Positions 21,850-33,116 of a stretch of 64,000 nt of DNA are shown piece by piece; position 1 is the stretch's first letter; each line of letters starts with the position of its first letter. The notes below the pieces were generated by a model, which was not told the origin of the DNA, did not search any database, and saw only the letters and a program-made list of their open reading frames with translations. The position numbers and the translations under genes are program-made. This stretch comes from an uncultured Planctomycetaceae bacterium (GTDB taxonomy: Bacteria > Planctomycetota > Planctomycetia > Isosphaerales > Isosphaeraceae). The stretch is from assembly GCA_963833985.1 (NCBI GenBank), contig CAWIAD010000002.1:5568001-5632000 (forward strand). Reading direction: 5' to 3'.

Positions 21850-22377
21850 ATGAGCGACAAACCGACCAACGATGACCTGGTCCGACGCGCGATCGCCGGC
21901 GACATCGCCGCCTTCGGCGCGCTCTACGACCGGACTGTCCGCCTGGTCCGTGCGGTCGCTGCCGATGCCGGGCCTGATGCGGCCGATGATGTGACGCATG
22001 ACACGTTCCTCCGGGCTTATCGCACGCTGAAGACCCTCCGCGACCCGGCCCGCTTCGCCCCCTGGCTCGTTGGCATTGCGCGACTCGTCGTCCTGGAGCG
22101 CCGGCGAGCCCATCGCTTCGACCCTTTGCCCGAACTGACCCCGGCGCCGGCCTCCACCGAGTCAGATGCCAGCGACGAGGCGGAGGAACTCCTCCGCGCT
22201 GTCGCCAGGCTCCCCGAGGAGGAACGCCTCGCCGTCCGATTCTTCTTCCTCAACGAGCGCAGCATCGAGGAGACCGCAAGGCTCCTCAATCGCTCACGTT
22301 CCGGTACATACGCCGTCCTGCAACGCGCGAAGGTCAGGCTGGCACGATGGCTCCAGGAATGTGGGGTGAGCCGATGA
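21850..22377 (+). CDS. ECF RNA polymerase sigma factor
   Basis: GDIAAFGALYDR, DDVTHDTFLRAY, FAPWLVGIAR, region 4 (LPEEER...SIEETARLL...RAKVRL). Confidence 0.9.
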   Translation: MSDKPTNDDLVRRAIAGDIAAFGALYDRTVRLVRAVAADAGPDAADDVTHDTFLRAYRTLKTLRDPARFAPWLVGIARLVVLERRRAHRFDPLPELTPAPASTESDASDEAEELLRAVARLPEEERLAVRFFFLNERSIEETARLLNRSRSGTYAVLQRAKVRLARWLQECGVSR

Positions 22378-23621
22378 ACGACCTCAGTGACGAACAGATC
22401 GATCGCCTCGAATCCGCCCACGCGACCTTCTCGCGAGCGGACGGAGCCGCCCGGACGCGGCTCCTTGCGGCTTTGGCGGCGGATGTCCCGCCGGCCTTCC
22501 GACCAATCCGCAAGTCGAGGATCGAAATGATGAGACGCCATGCCTCCAGGGCCGCGATCGCCGCGACCCTACTCGTTGCCACGACCATTGCATGGCAACT
22601 GAACCGACCGACAAATGTGTTCGCCCAGGTCGCCGGGGCCATGTCCCGGGCCAGAGGGTTCCGGTGCGACATGGTCATGGTCACGCCGGGCTACAACGAC
22701 ACCGAGAATGCCGAACTCATCGCCCATGTTTCCTGGATCCCGTCCGGCGCAGAGCGCATCGACCACATCCAGAATGGTACCCCAGATTCGAGCCTCATCT
22801 ACCGGCCCGGCCAGAACGGTCTCGAGCTCGAGCACAACGTGAAGCAATTCCAGATCATCCCGAAGTCCGCCGTGCGGGAGTTCTCCTTTGGGCTCTTCGG
22901 CGGCCTCGGCGAGTACCGCGGCAAGGCCGAGCCGATCCGCGGAGTGAAGGAGATCCGCGGAGTGAAAGCCGAGGGCTTCACCGTCCCCTGGCCCACCGTC
23001 GTCGGCGACGACACCCACGCGAATGCAAAAGTCCAGGTCTGGATCGACCGAGCTACGGCCCTCCCCGTCCGCGTCGACCTCCTCGGCATGGACCCCAGCG
23101 GCTCCGCCGTCTTGCGGTTCGAAGACTTCCGCTGGGGCCCGCAGGATCCTTCTCTCTTCGACACTTCCGCGCCCGCCGGTTATGCGAAGATGCCGGCCAC
23201 CGACGTCAAGGCCGATGAGATCACCCAGTACGTCAAGGACGGCCTGTCCATCTTCGCCAGGTACAACAACGGCAAGTACCCAGCCGTCAAGTACGTCTAC
23301 GGGGACGAGCAGGGCGAAGCCCTCCGCAAGCTCATGGGGATGCCGCGCAACGCGATCGGCTGGGCCAAGAGCGAGGACTCCAGGTCGCGCCACACGAAGG
23401 AAGGCGAATTCGCATACGGGTCCTACTGCCTCTCCTGGATCAACGTCATCCAGCGAGACTTCGCCGATGGGGTCTACAACGGCAAGACCGTCACACCCAG
23501 GGACGCCGCAAAGGTTCTCGTGCGCTGGCAGCTCGCCGATGGGGATTACCAGGTCATCTTCGGCGATCTCTCCTCGGCGACCGTCTCTCCGGCTCGCCTC
23601 CGCCATCTCGAGTCCCGCTGA
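22374..23621 (+). CDS. Putative membrane-anchored anti-sigma factor
   Basis: ATGA overlap with the ECF gene, single TM (AAIAATLLVATTIAW), then an extracytoplasmic beta-rich domain (VWIDRATALPVRVD) reminiscent of LolA-like folds. Confidence 0.7.
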   Translation: MNDLSDEQIDRLESAHATFSRADGAARTRLLAALAADVPPAFRPIRKSRIEMMRRHASRAAIAATLLVATTIAWQLNRPTNVFAQVAGAMSRARGFRCDMVMVTPGYNDTENAELIAHVSWIPSGAERIDHIQNGTPDSSLIYRPGQNGLELEHNVKQFQIIPKSAVREFSFGLFGGLGEYRGKAEPIRGVKEIRGVKAEGFTVPWPTVVGDDTHANAKVQVWIDRATALPVRVDLLGMDPSGSAVLRFEDFRWGPQDPSLFDTSAPAGYAKMPATDVKADEITQYVKDGLSIFARYNNGKYPAVKYVYGDEQGEALRKLMGMPRNAIGWAKSEDSRSRHTKEGEFAYGSYCLSWINVIQRDFADGVYNGKTVTPRDAAKVLVRWQLADGDYQVIFGDLSSATVSPARLRHLESR

Positions 23622-23792
23622 CACCCTGTACCCCCGGCGTTCTCACACCGGGGATACTCCGCGCCTCCAGCATGACGAGCCAGCGCCGGAACGGGGGACA
23701 AAAAAATGGTCAAGCGCGGACAAAGTTCCGCCGCGCGGCTCGTATTCCGTGCGTCATGGGCTTCCCATTTCGTTTTATGATAATGGGACGAC

Positions 23793-23838
23793 GAGGGGAA
23801 ACAGGGACGGAGGGGAAAGGGGGGCGAAGCTAGAATCG
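23793..23838 (-). repeat. Left arm of a 46-bp inverted repeat (partner at 26047-26092)
   Basis: Reverse complement cgattctagcttcgcccccctttcccctccgtccctgtttcccctc matches 26047-26092 at 41/46 positions without gaps (manual count). Confidence 0.85.
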
Positions 23839-23855
23839 GGAACGAGCCGCGTCCC

Positions 23856-25327
23856 GAATGGCATTAAGCTAAGCAGCAACATGTTGATCCAGTAACCGTT
23901 TACGTAATTCTCTCCGGGGTTTGTTCAAGCGATCATACTCTTTCGGGAGGCGCTTGATGGCGCGGGGCTCGAGGCGGTTGGGTCGCTCTGGATTAACGAT
24001 GAGCCGCGAGAGCTCTGTGCTCGCGTTCCCTTCGCACAACCAGCGTAGCGCGTCAATAAAGCTGATCCGCTCGACCGGGACGCCTTGTTGCCGTGCCGAC
24101 TCCGTCATCACCAGCCGCACGAGGTTGTAGACGATCGCATACACCGTCATCTCCTTGAGAACGCCTTCGACCGTCATGCATTTGAGAACATCAAACTTCA
24201 TTGTTGTCTTCAGGTGTCTCAAGTTGGTTTCCACCTGCCACCGCATGCCATAAAAGTTCGCAAGTTCTTTAAGCGTGTAAATTTCCGAATCCAAAAGCGT
24301 TGTCGCCAGCGTCACCGACCGGGTGCGGAAACCAGGCCGGGTAAGTTCATAGCGTGTCTCACGAAGAATCATCGATTCGGGTAATGCGCCGTAGCTCTCC
24401 TCGCTCATCCACGCCGGGCGGTCTGCTGGCTTGTACCACTCGACAATCTGGTCGAAGGACCCGAGCTGCTTGATCCACCGAGATCGAGGCAGACCCGCTG
24501 CTCCCTTCTGTCTCGGGCGGGCATGTCGTCGGCCAGGCGTGAAATCGACAATCTGCTTCTGGTGCATGCGGAAAACGGCGTGAACGCCGCGCTTTGCCAG
24601 CAACGCCAGGTGAACGAACGAGCAAAACCCTCGATCGCCGACCAGAACATCATCACGCTGGAGCATGGGATGGATCGCCTCGATCTGGGACATTTCACCG
24701 GTCCGTAGCGGAGCCGCCAGGATCTCGATCAACATCCCCGTGCCAGAGTGGAACAAGGCGAGAATCTTGGCGACTGGAAATCCACAGCCCGGCTGTTGAT
24801 TTCCAGGCTGACCAAAGTGGGCTTGAAGTTTCGGAGTATCGGGCATCGAGAACGAGGACCCGTCGAGCGCAAAGGTACGATGTCCCAACCACCTTGCCGT
24901 GGCGTCGATGTCCGGAGTGAGTGCCTTGACCAGACCTGTGAGCACGGCCTGAAAGATAGCCAAGGGAAGTCGGAGCCGCGCCTGGCAATAGGCCGAGTCG
25001 GTGAACTGGCGGTCGGCAAAGAGAGAGATATGCTTCAACGCCGTGCTTCCATGAAGCACCTGGATGAGAAACCAGTGGACAACCGCAACGGGGGTCAACA
25101 AACACTCCCGCCAGGTGTGCCCGACCTGGCGGCAGGCCGCGTTGATGGCGGACTCGTCGAGATGAGAAGGAAGGTCTTGCCGAAGCGCACGCAGCGCGGT
25201 ATCAATCCGTTGATGCATCCGAGGGCCTCCTGCACGGGGTCTGATTGACAACACCATCGTGCCAGGGGGCCGTCGTTTTCCTCAAGTCCTTTTCGAGACT
25301 GAGCTTGACGTTAGCTTAATGCCATTC
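23856..25327 (-). mobile_element. IS4-family insertion sequence with perfect 17-bp terminal inverted repeats
   Basis: gaatggcattaagctaa (23856-23872) and ttagcttaatgccattc (25311-25327) enclose the transposase. No obvious target-site duplication. Confidence 0.92.
23869..25257 (-). CDS. IS4-family DDE transposase
   Basis: ALDGS, VGDRGF, YREK motif FYGMRWQVETNLRHLK; stop codon lies inside the IR. Confidence 0.93.
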   Translation of the reverse strand: MVLSIRPRAGGPRMHQRIDTALRALRQDLPSHLDESAINAACRQVGHTWRECLLTPVAVVHWFLIQVLHGSTALKHISLFADRQFTDSAYCQARLRLPLAIFQAVLTGLVKALTPDIDATARWLGHRTFALDGSSFSMPDTPKLQAHFGQPGNQQPGCGFPVAKILALFHSGTGMLIEILAAPLRTGEMSQIEAIHPMLQRDDVLVGDRGFCSFVHLALLAKRGVHAVFRMHQKQIVDFTPGRRHARPRQKGAAGLPRSRWIKQLGSFDQIVEWYKPADRPAWMSEESYGALPESMILRETRYELTRPGFRTRSVTLATTLLDSEIYTLKELANFYGMRWQVETNLRHLKTTMKFDVLKCMTVEGVLKEMTVYAIVYNLVRLVMTESARQQGVPVERISFIDALRWLCEGNASTELSRLIVNPERPNRLEPRAIKRLPKEYDRLNKPRRELRKRLLDQHVAA

Positions 25328-25370
25328 AGTAATGTCCCTTTCATACCCCCCGACATCACGCAGTTGCTGT

Positions 25371-25943
25371 TCACGATTCGAAACCACCCCTGGGTATTTC
25401 CGATACTGATGAACCGGAGCGCCAATTTCGCCTTATAAGTCCAAGCAGTGCAGCGCCTGCTCCGGTCAAACAAAAGGCACACAAACCGGTCAAAGATCGA
25501 TTGGTCTCGGTGTGGTGCCGCACCAGCCGCCCCGTATATCGTGACACGCACTCGGAGCAGGTACACGCCTCGTACTTGGCGGCCCCTAGAACAATCTCCT
25601 CGTTGGTAATGAATGCGGCGGTTAACTCATAACCATAGAAACTGACAGTTGCTCGGACGCCTCCCTGCACTTGACGAGGCCCCTGATCGCCTCGGGGAGC
25701 AGACACAATAAGCATGGCACCGACTGTGGTGCCTACCCAAAACTCCCAGGGGCATCGCCTACCAGTATGCGGAAGGGACAACAAAACCGCGAGGCTCCCG
25801 GTCAAGACGATCAGGTCAATCGTAGAGATCCTATTGTAGTCGCTCTGGATGGACGCAACCATCCCTGCTGCGTTCCCAGCGATTCCGATAACGCAGAGTA
25901 GCTTTAGACAGATTAGAAGTCGACCCGTCGCTGGTTTGATCAC
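25371..25943 (-). CDS. Orphan hypothetical membrane protein (lower GC)
   Basis: 190-aa ORF with several hydrophobic segments, a CxCxxC motif and an upstream ggggagg RBS. Confidence 0.55.
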   Translation of the reverse strand: MIKPATGRLLICLKLLCVIGIAGNAAGMVASIQSDYNRISTIDLIVLTGSLAVLLSLPHTGRRCPWEFWVGTTVGAMLIVSAPRGDQGPRQVQGGVRATVSFYGYELTAAFITNEEIVLGAAKYEACTCSECVSRYTGRLVRHHTETNRSLTGLCAFCLTGAGAALLGLIRRNWRSGSSVSEIPRGGFES

Positions 25944-26046
25944 GCCGCCTCCCCGATTTCCTGTCGCCTTACCCCAGTAGCTGCAACCGCGCCGGGTCCT
26001 CTAGGCAAGAGTAGACGGGAGAGGCAACGGGAACGCAGCGAGCTCT

Positions 26047-26092
26047 CGATTCTAGCTACGTCTCCGTTTCCCCTCCGTCCCCGTTTCCCCTC
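26047..26092 (+). repeat. Right arm of the 46-bp inverted repeat, followed by a further GTCCCCGTTTCCC unit
   Basis: cgattctagctacgtctccgtttcccctccgtccccgtttcccctc. Confidence 0.85.
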
Positions 26093-26109
26093 CCGCGTCC
26101 CCGTTTCCC

Positions 26110-26430
26110 TCCCAAACTCGGTTTCCTGGCCCCGCGAGGTTGTCTGCGCCGGCGGTTTCAGCCATCGCCCGCTTCCAGGATAAGTAAAACCGGCACAGCT
26201 TGGACCAGCCAGGTCGCGGTGACGCCTGGAACTGGAGCAGGAGCATCAGCGGCACCCCTGCAAAAGCGTCAGGAAGCAAGAGCGGTCCCGCCGAGCGGCG
26301 CTCCAGCCCGGAAAGGACGCGAGCCAGCGTGACGCCGGTCACAGGGTTGATCACGAGCACGACATGCCGTCCGGTCGTCCCCATCAGGCACGTCAGCTCG
26401 GTCTGGAAGACGTCGGTGAGCTGAACCGCG
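26110..26430 (-). pseudogene. Possible degenerate fragment of a vWA-domain protein C-terminal region
   Basis: QLTDVFQTELTCLMGTTGRHVVLVINPVTGVTLARVL...LCRFYLSW recalls the segment following vWA domains. Recognition is from memory only and there is no proper start. Confidence 0.35.
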
Positions 26431-26655
26431 TCCTCAACGGATGAACACCGCTGAAACACGGATTTCGAAGGAGGGAAACCCTCTGGAGAGCGCCGGCAGG
26501 GCGTGCTCTTGTATCTCGACAGCCCGCTCTCGGTTTCGGTCAGATCGAACTGAGATTACCGCTTGCATTTGCCGACTGCGGCGATTAACTTGCGAAGGTC
26601 ATGTCATTATTGCCGAAGAGCACGCAATCATCTCGGGGCGAACCGGAGCGATTCG

Positions 26656-28908
26656 ATGCGGAAAGCAATTCTTGGGTTAAGTGTCCTGCTCGCGTGCGCG
26701 CCGTGCTCCCTGGGCCAGAACATCGAGAGACAGGTTCTGGACCAGATCCAGGACGCCACGGTCTTCGTCAAGCTGAAAGTGCCGGGCGTCGGCGAGGGGA
26801 GCGGATCGGGGTTCGTGATCAAGTCCACTGGCGATACGGTGCTGGTGATGACCAACCGCCACGTGGTCGTACCCGAGGCGGGAGAGGTTCCCGAGGGGAC
26901 GAAGGTGCAGCTCTCGGTGGTCTTCCGCAGTGGCACGCCCCAGCAGCAGGAGCTACCCGCGCAGATCCTGGCGCACGACGACCGCGAGGTACGCGACCTG
27001 GCCGTGATCGAGGTGCGCGGGGTGAGGCAACCGCCCCATCCCATCGCGGCAAACCTGACGACGGCCGAGGCGGACTTCTACCTGACCATGCCGGTCTACG
27101 CCCTGGGCTTCCCCCGCGGCCGGCAGATCCAGCAAGTCGTCGGCAACCTGAAGGACAACCCGGCGATCACGGTCAACCAGATGTCGATCAGCAGCTTGCG
27201 CAAGGATGAATCGAGCCGGCTGGCACGCGTGCAACTCAACGGCTCGGCCATCGAGGGGAACAGCGGCGGCCCGCTCGTCGACGTCAAGGGGCGGCTGGTG
27301 GGAGTGATCGTCTCGCGCATTCGGGGCGAGGCCGTGGGCTTCGCGGTTCCCCCCAGTGTGATCGCGCAGTTTCTCGACGGCGACATCGGCGGGCTGACGG
27401 CCGAACTCCAGGGGCTGAACTCGGGCACGGCCACGGTGAAGCTCAATGTCCGGCTGGTCGATCCACTGCGCAACCTCACCGGCGTCACGCTACGGTACGT
27501 CCGCCAGTCGGCGGGCAAGCCGGCCGCGGCACCCGATGCCAATGGGTCATGGCCGCTCCTGGTCAATGGCACGAACGTGGCGCTGCGCGTTTCCGGCGGC
27601 AGCGCTACCGGAGCGTTGAGCCTGCCGGTGGCGTCGGCCGATGACCGCAAACTGTTCATGCAGTTCGTACTCACGCGCGCCTCGGGACGGATGCTTGCCA
27701 GCAAGCCCACGTCGGTGGACATCCCCGATCGCCCGGGTGCTCTCCCCGGGCTGGCCGCCGAGCCGGACCGGCCGCGCACGGTGCCCAGGTTCTCTTGCGA
27801 GGTGAACCTCGCCGACGGGGGGAAGGTCAAGCACCATGCCGGCGGCTCGACGATGGAGCTGCCCGCGGGCGTGGCGATGATCAACGCGCCCCAGTTCCGG
27901 CTCTTCAACGCCCCCAGCGCACTGGTGCGGGTGGATGGCGAGTTCGTGGCCATGGTGATGGTCAACAACGATTTCGATCCCGGCTCGACGCCCATCACCT
28001 CGTCCACCGGCCGCAAGTTCCCGATCACCTTCCAGGGTGCCGGGCTGCTGATCTGGCAGGATGAGAAGAACTTCGTGCGGCTGGAGCGCTGCAAGGGCTC
28101 CGATGGCGGCATCGGCCTCATTCACCGCATCCTGGTCGAGGTCTACAAGGACGGCCGCGCCGTCGGACTGCACTACTCCAAGCCCATTCCCGAGCATCCC
28201 GTGGTCCTGGGCGCCCACCGCAAGGGAACCACCATGCAGTTCCTTTTCGCCGAGCCGCCCGGCAGCCTGACCGTGTTCCGCGAGGTCGCCCTCGATTTCA
28301 ACCCGAGCTTGCTGGTGGGAATCTCGGCGTCGAATCTCTCCAAGCAGCCGCTGGTGGCGAAGTTCGAGCGGTTCAGCATCCAGGGGCCCGGCGGCCAGGA
28401 CGTACCGGCCCCGCCGGTGGCGCTGACCCGGCTGGTCAACACCGGGACGGAACGGCGCAAGGATGGCACCGTCATCCTGGAAGGCGCCGCGCTGAAGATC
28501 CTCAAGGCCACCGCGGGCACGGCCGAAGCTCAGACCAACATGAACCAGTACAAGGGCAAATGGTCCGAGGATCGCCAGCTCGCGTGGCAGCCGCTGGGCA
28601 AGGGCGAATCGCTCACGCTCGAGATTCCGGTCGACGCCACCGGCAAGTTCGAGGTCAAGGCCCGGTTCACCATGGCTCCCGATTATGCCCAGATCCGCCT
28701 GGCCATGGACACGCGCCCGCTCATGAACGGCCGGGCGCAGGACTTCTACTACAACGACGTTCGCCCCGCGCGGCTGATCTCGCTGGGCACGCTCTCGCTC
28801 GACAAGGGGAAGCATCGCCTGACGATCACCGTGCACGACAAGAACACGCGATCAAGCGGCTATCGCGTCGGCCTTGATGAGCTCCACCTCGTACCGGTCA
28901 AGAAGTGA
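26656..28908 (+). CDS. Exported trypsin-like (S1C) serine protease with C-terminal beta-sandwich domains
   Basis: Signal peptide [15 protein letters not shown], triad motifs TNRHV / DLAV / GNSGGPL, later [20 protein letters not shown] (DUF1349/ConA-like). Confidence 0.85.
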   Translation: MRKAILGLSVLLACAPCSLGQNIERQVLDQIQDATVFVKLKVPGVGEGSGSGFVIKSTGDTVLVMTNRHVVVPEAGEVPEGTKVQLSVVFRSGTPQQQELPAQILAHDDREVRDLAVIEVRGVRQPPHPIAANLTTAEADFYLTMPVYALGFPRGRQIQQVVGNLKDNPAITVNQMSISSLRKDESSRLARVQLNGSAIEGNSGGPLVDVKGRLVGVIVSRIRGEAVGFAVPPSVIAQFLDGDIGGLTAELQGLNSGTATVKLNVRLVDPLRNLTGVTLRYVRQSAGKPAAAPDANGSWPLLVNGTNVALRVSGGSATGALSLPVASADDRKLFMQFVLTRASGRMLASKPTSVDIPDRPGALPGLAAEPDRPRTVPRFSCEVNLADGGKVKHHAGGSTMELPAGVAMINAPQFRLFNAPSALVRVDGEFVAMVMVNNDFDPGSTPITSSTGRKFPITFQGAGLLIWQDEKNFVRLERCKGSDGGIGLIHRILVEVYKDGRAVGLHYSKPIPEHPVVLGAHRKGTTMQFLFAEPPGSLTVFREVALDFNPSLLVGISASNLSKQPLVAKFERFSIQGPGGQDVPAPPVALTRLVNTGTERRKDGTVILEGAALKILKATAGTAEAQTNMNQYKGKWSEDRQLAWQPLGKGESLTLEIPVDATGKFEVKARFTMAPDYAQIRLAMDTRPLMNGRAQDFYYNDVRPARLISLGTLSLDKGKHRLTITVHDKNTRSSGYRVGLDELHLVPVKK

Positions 28909-28930
28909 CGCCGGCCGGGCGGGCGGGTGT

Positions 28931-31480
28931 TCACCGCGAGCCGACGGGCGTGAGCATGTCCGCCCTCTTGCCTGTCTCCGGCAGCAGGGTGATGGCGAAC
29001 ACCTCGTCGAGCGTCGCCACGGGGTGGAAGACCAGCAAGTCGCGGACGTCGGCGGGTAGGTCCTCCAGGTCGGCCTCGTTCTGCTGCGGAATGATGATCT
29101 GCTTGATGCCAGCGCGGTGGGCGCCGAGCACCTTCTCCTTGACGCCGCCGATGGGGAGCACGCGGCCCCGGAGCGTGATCTCGCCGGTCATGGCCACGTC
29201 GCTGCGCACCGGCTGGCCGGACATGGCCGAGACGATGGCCGTGGCCATGGCCACGCCCGCGGATGGTCCGTCCTTGGGAATGGCGCCGGCGGGCACATGG
29301 ATGTGCACCTCGATGGACCCGAGCTTGTCGTTGGGAATGCCCAGGGTGCCTGCGTGTGTTGCCGCGTAGGTGAGCGCGGCGCGGGCCGATTCACGCATCA
29401 CCTCGCCGAGCTGACCGGTCAAGATCAAGGCCACGTTGCCAAGCCCGGTGGCCAGGGAGTTGCCATCCTGGGGAGGTGGGCCGTACAGCTTGCGGACGGC
29501 GGCCTCCACGAACATGATGTCGCCGCCGGCGGGCGTGTAATACATGCCCGTGGCCACGCCGACCTCGCTGGTCTCGCCGGCATGTTCCGGATAGACCTTG
29601 GGCCGGCCCAGCAGTTCGCGCACCATCTCGGGGCCGAGCGCCGGCTCGATCGATTCACCGGCGGCCAGTCTGCGTGCCACCTTGCGTGCCACCGCGCCAA
29701 TCTGCCGCTCAAGCTGGCGCACGCCGCTTTCCCGCGTGTACTGGCTGACAATGGCCGCCACGGCGGCATCGGTAAAGCTGACATGCCTGTCCGCCAGGCC
29801 AGCTTCCTCGAGCTGGCGGGGAATCAGGTACTTCTTGGCGATCTCGGCCTTCTCGCGCTCTGTATAGCCGGCGAAATCGACGACCTCCATGCGGTCCAGA
29901 AGCGGCCCCGGGATGTTCTGGATGAAGTTTGCCGTGGCGATGAAGAGCACCTCGCTGAGATCAAACGGGACGTTGAGGTAATGATCAGTGAATGTGTCGT
30001 TTTGCGCCGGGTCAAGGACTTCCAGCAGTGCACTGGCGGGATCTCCCTGGAACGAGACGCTCAGCTTGTCCACCTCGTCGAGCAGGAACACGGGGTTCTT
30101 GGTGCCGGCCTGCTTCATGCCCTGGATGACGCGGCCGGGCATGGCGCCCACGTAGGTGCGGCGATGCCCGCGGATGTCGGCCTCGTCGCGCACGCCGCCC
30201 AAGGCCGCGCGCACGTACTTGCGTCCCAGCGAGCGGGCGATCGATTTGGCGATCGAGGTCTTGCCCACGCCGGGCGGTCCGACGAAGAGCAGGATCGGGC
30301 CCCTGGCCATGGCCCGGGCCTTGGCCTCGCGCAGGTCGGTGATGGCGCGGTCCCCCTCGGGCGCTGACGCCAGCGAGGCGGTGGCGGTGTCCTTGGCGGG
30401 CTTCAACCGGGCGGCCGAGCATTCACCCGATTTCTCAACCTCCTCCGCCATCTGCCGGGCGCGGAGCTGCCGCACCGCCAGGAACTCGAGCACCCGGTCC
30501 TTCACGTCCTGCAAGCCGTAATGGTCCTCATCGAGAATCTGCGTCGCATGGTTCAGCTCGAGATGGTCGTCCGAGCGCGTGTTCCAGGGAAGCTCGGCGA
30601 TCCATTCCAGGTAGGTACGGATCACCTGCGCTTCCATCGATTCCCGCCCGGCGCGCTCGAGCCGGCCGAGCTCGCGCTCCACCTCAACGCGCGCCTTGCG
30701 CGGCAGCTCCAGCTTGCTCAGCTTGTCGCGAAGCTGGTGGATCTCGCGGTTCTGGTCGTCATCGCCGAGCTCTTTCTGGATGGCCTTGAGCTGCTCGCGG
30801 AGAAACATCTCGCGCTGGCGTTCTCCCAGCTCTTCCTGCACCTGAGACTTGATCTCGGCCTGGGCCTCGAGCATGCCGATCTGGCGCTGGACGTGGATCA
30901 AGACGCGGCGCAGCCGCTCCTCGACGCCCAGCGTTTCCAGCAAAGCCTGCTTCTCGCCCACAGGAAGTTCCACGTAGCCGGCCACCAGGTCGGCAAACCG
31001 GCCCGGGTCGGTTATCGCATCGAGCATCTGGTGCAGCATCTCTTCGGGCACGCCGCGCTTCTCGCCCAGCTCGCGCGCCCGCTCGCGGGTTTCCTTGTAC
31101 AGTGCGGCAAACGCCGGGTCCTCCTCGTGGATCGGCCTCATCTCCTCGATCGGCACGGTATCCACCGTGAGCGAGTCCTCGACGGTGTGATAGTGCAGAG
31201 CCGCGGCGCGCACCTCTCCATGAAGCAACAACTGCACACCGCCAAGCCCGCGCTGTACCTGGCCGATCTTGCCAATCACCCCCATCGTGTAAAGCTGTTC
31301 GGGGGCCGGCTCGTCCACGTTCTCACGCTGGGCGACGGTGAAGATCAGGTGGTCACCCTTGAGCGCCTTCTCGATGGCCCGCAACGTGGCCGGCCGGCCG
31401 ACGCCAATCGGCACCGTGATGCCCGGAAAGATCACCGTTCCCCGAAGCGGCAGAACCGGCAAGGTTTGACGTTCCGCCAT
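28931..31480 (-). CDS. lon: ATP-dependent Lon protease
   Basis: [55 protein letters not shown]. Confidence 0.98.
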   Translation of the reverse strand: MAERQTLPVLPLRGTVIFPGITVPIGVGRPATLRAIEKALKGDHLIFTVAQRENVDEPAPEQLYTMGVIGKIGQVQRGLGGVQLLLHGEVRAAALHYHTVEDSLTVDTVPIEEMRPIHEEDPAFAALYKETRERARELGEKRGVPEEMLHQMLDAITDPGRFADLVAGYVELPVGEKQALLETLGVEERLRRVLIHVQRQIGMLEAQAEIKSQVQEELGERQREMFLREQLKAIQKELGDDDQNREIHQLRDKLSKLELPRKARVEVERELGRLERAGRESMEAQVIRTYLEWIAELPWNTRSDDHLELNHATQILDEDHYGLQDVKDRVLEFLAVRQLRARQMAEEVEKSGECSAARLKPAKDTATASLASAPEGDRAITDLREAKARAMARGPILLFVGPPGVGKTSIAKSIARSLGRKYVRAALGGVRDEADIRGHRRTYVGAMPGRVIQGMKQAGTKNPVFLLDEVDKLSVSFQGDPASALLEVLDPAQNDTFTDHYLNVPFDLSEVLFIATANFIQNIPGPLLDRMEVVDFAGYTEREKAEIAKKYLIPRQLEEAGLADRHVSFTDAAVAAIVSQYTRESGVRQLERQIGAVARKVARRLAAGESIEPALGPEMVRELLGRPKVYPEHAGETSEVGVATGMYYTPAGGDIMFVEAAVRKLYGPPPQDGNSLATGLGNVALILTGQLGEVMRESARAALTYAATHAGTLGIPNDKLGSIEVHIHVPAGAIPKDGPSAGVAMATAIVSAMSGQPVRSDVAMTGEITLRGRVLPIGGVKEKVLGAHRAGIKQIIIPQQNEADLEDLPADVRDLLVFHPVATLDEVFAITLLPETGKRADMLTPVGSR

Positions 31481-31577
31481 CGATCTCCTCCCTCGGGCTC
31501 AGCAGCCCCAAAGAACGCCGCGCTGAACTCTCTGGACCGATCACGCGATTCCAGTTCCATTCCCGGCGCCGCGCGGC

Positions 31578-32477
31578 TCACTTCATCGGGTGCTTCAAAA
31601 AAAAGTCCCAGATCAGGTCGTTGGCCGAGATTGACCGCGTGCTCTTCCCCAGGAAACGCACGCGCGGGTCGCGACCCGGCCAGGTGTGTCCACCCCCCTC
31701 GATCGTGTACAGCACGACCTCGGCGCCGTCCTTGCCAGGCCCGTAAGATGCCCGGCGCACGCGCATGCCATCGTTCGCCCGGTTTTCCAGTTCCGCGAAC
31801 ACAGGCGTCTCGGGGCATCCATTGACCCTGGCCCAGGTACGGATCGTCTCATCCACCGAAAGGAACTTGAGGTTCTTGGGTATCCGCTCGTCGGGACCGT
31901 CGAAGAGCACCAGCCCATCCTTGGTTCCATGGAAATGAAGCACCGGCACGGGGCGTGATGGGTGGCAGTGGTCGATGGCCATCGTCCCGGCCACCGGCGC
32001 AATGGCGGCGATCCGATTCGACAGTTCGGCAGCCAGGCGATAGCACATCATGGCCCCGTTGGACATACCGGTGGCGAAGACCCGCTTCGGGTCCACGTGA
32101 ACCACGGTGGCCAGGTCGTCGAGCAGCTTTGCGGTGTATCCCACGTCGTCGGACGCCCGTCCGCGTACTCCGCCGGCGTCCCAGTACAGGAACAGCGGTG
32201 TGCTGCCGGTGCCGTTGGCGTAGACCACCACGAAGCCGCTCTGGTCCGCCTTCGCGTTGAGACCGCAGAACCGGGCCATCAACGAGCCGTTCATCATCGC
32301 CGAGTGAAAGACCAGGACAACCGGCGACGGCTTGCGGTAATTGTAAGAGAGAGGAATGTGCACCGAGTAAGACCGAATCTGGCTGCCGATCCGCAGCTCC
32401 CTGACATGGTCGCCCGGGGGCAGCATGTGAGCAGAGACCGTCGCAAGACCGAGCAGGACAACCGCACTGGCATTCAT
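31578..32477 (-). CDS. PHB-depolymerase/LpqC-family alpha/beta hydrolase esterase
   Basis: DDVGYTAKLLD, nucleophile GMSNG, FHGTKD, GGGHTWPG. Confidence 0.9.
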   Translation of the reverse strand: MNASAVVLLGLATVSAHMLPPGDHVRELRIGSQIRSYSVHIPLSYNYRKPSPVVLVFHSAMMNGSLMARFCGLNAKADQSGFVVVYANGTGSTPLFLYWDAGGVRGRASDDVGYTAKLLDDLATVVHVDPKRVFATGMSNGAMMCYRLAAELSNRIAAIAPVAGTMAIDHCHPSRPVPVLHFHGTKDGLVLFDGPDERIPKNLKFLSVDETIRTWARVNGCPETPVFAELENRANDGMRVRRASYGPGKDGAEVVLYTIEGGGHTWPGRDPRVRFLGKSTRSISANDLIWDFFLKHPMK

Positions 32478-33116
32478 GGCATTTCTCGACCAACCGTCCT
32501 CTCTTGGAGAGGATGTTCCATTCCGAGCGCGAGGACCACGGAACCGTCCGTCCACAAGCCTGGAAGCGACTTGCGAAGTCGACCGTCCCAATGTGCCGCA
32601 CATGCGTCATCGCCGGCCCGGCTCATTGACAGCACTCCGTCATTTTATACAAACTTTACATGGCTGTCGCTGTTCCAGGCGAAAGGGTGGGATCGCAAAA
32701 GCACATTCCTTGAGTACCTCGTCGTGGCGGATTGATTCCATGGAGGAACTCATGCCATACTTCGGGTCAACCAGCTTGCGTCTGATGAAAGCTGTGAGTG
32801 GGTGCCTTCACGTAGGGTTTTTCCTGATGCTGCCCTAATGAGGCAGAAGTCGCGGGCTTATTATGTCAAACTAAACCGTACCCGAGTAAGGCCGAGCGGA
32901 AGTACCCTTGTCGAGCGATGGTAGCTGACTGAAGTTGCGAGAGGTTGCGTGCAGGGATGCGACGCCGAAGCATTCCTGAGGCCATGGAACCCGCTCAGGG
33001 AAGCAAGGGCACGCACGCACGCTCCCTGAGCCCCAAGACTCAATTCCCAATTGTCCGACGCGGTCGACGCTGCCGCATCTTTTCCAGGAAGGAGTTGGCG
33101 AAGCCGCCAATCGGCC

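Noticed and set aside
30300..30460. ~50-aa insertion before the Walker A motif of Lon as an intein or mobile insert
   Set aside because: No intein terminal motifs or repeat-derived sequence; a variable loop is more likely.
32600..33050. Lower-GC intergenic stretch as ncRNA
   Set aside because: It fits a divergent promoter region between the esterase and the kinase. I recognised no RNA family or strong structure.
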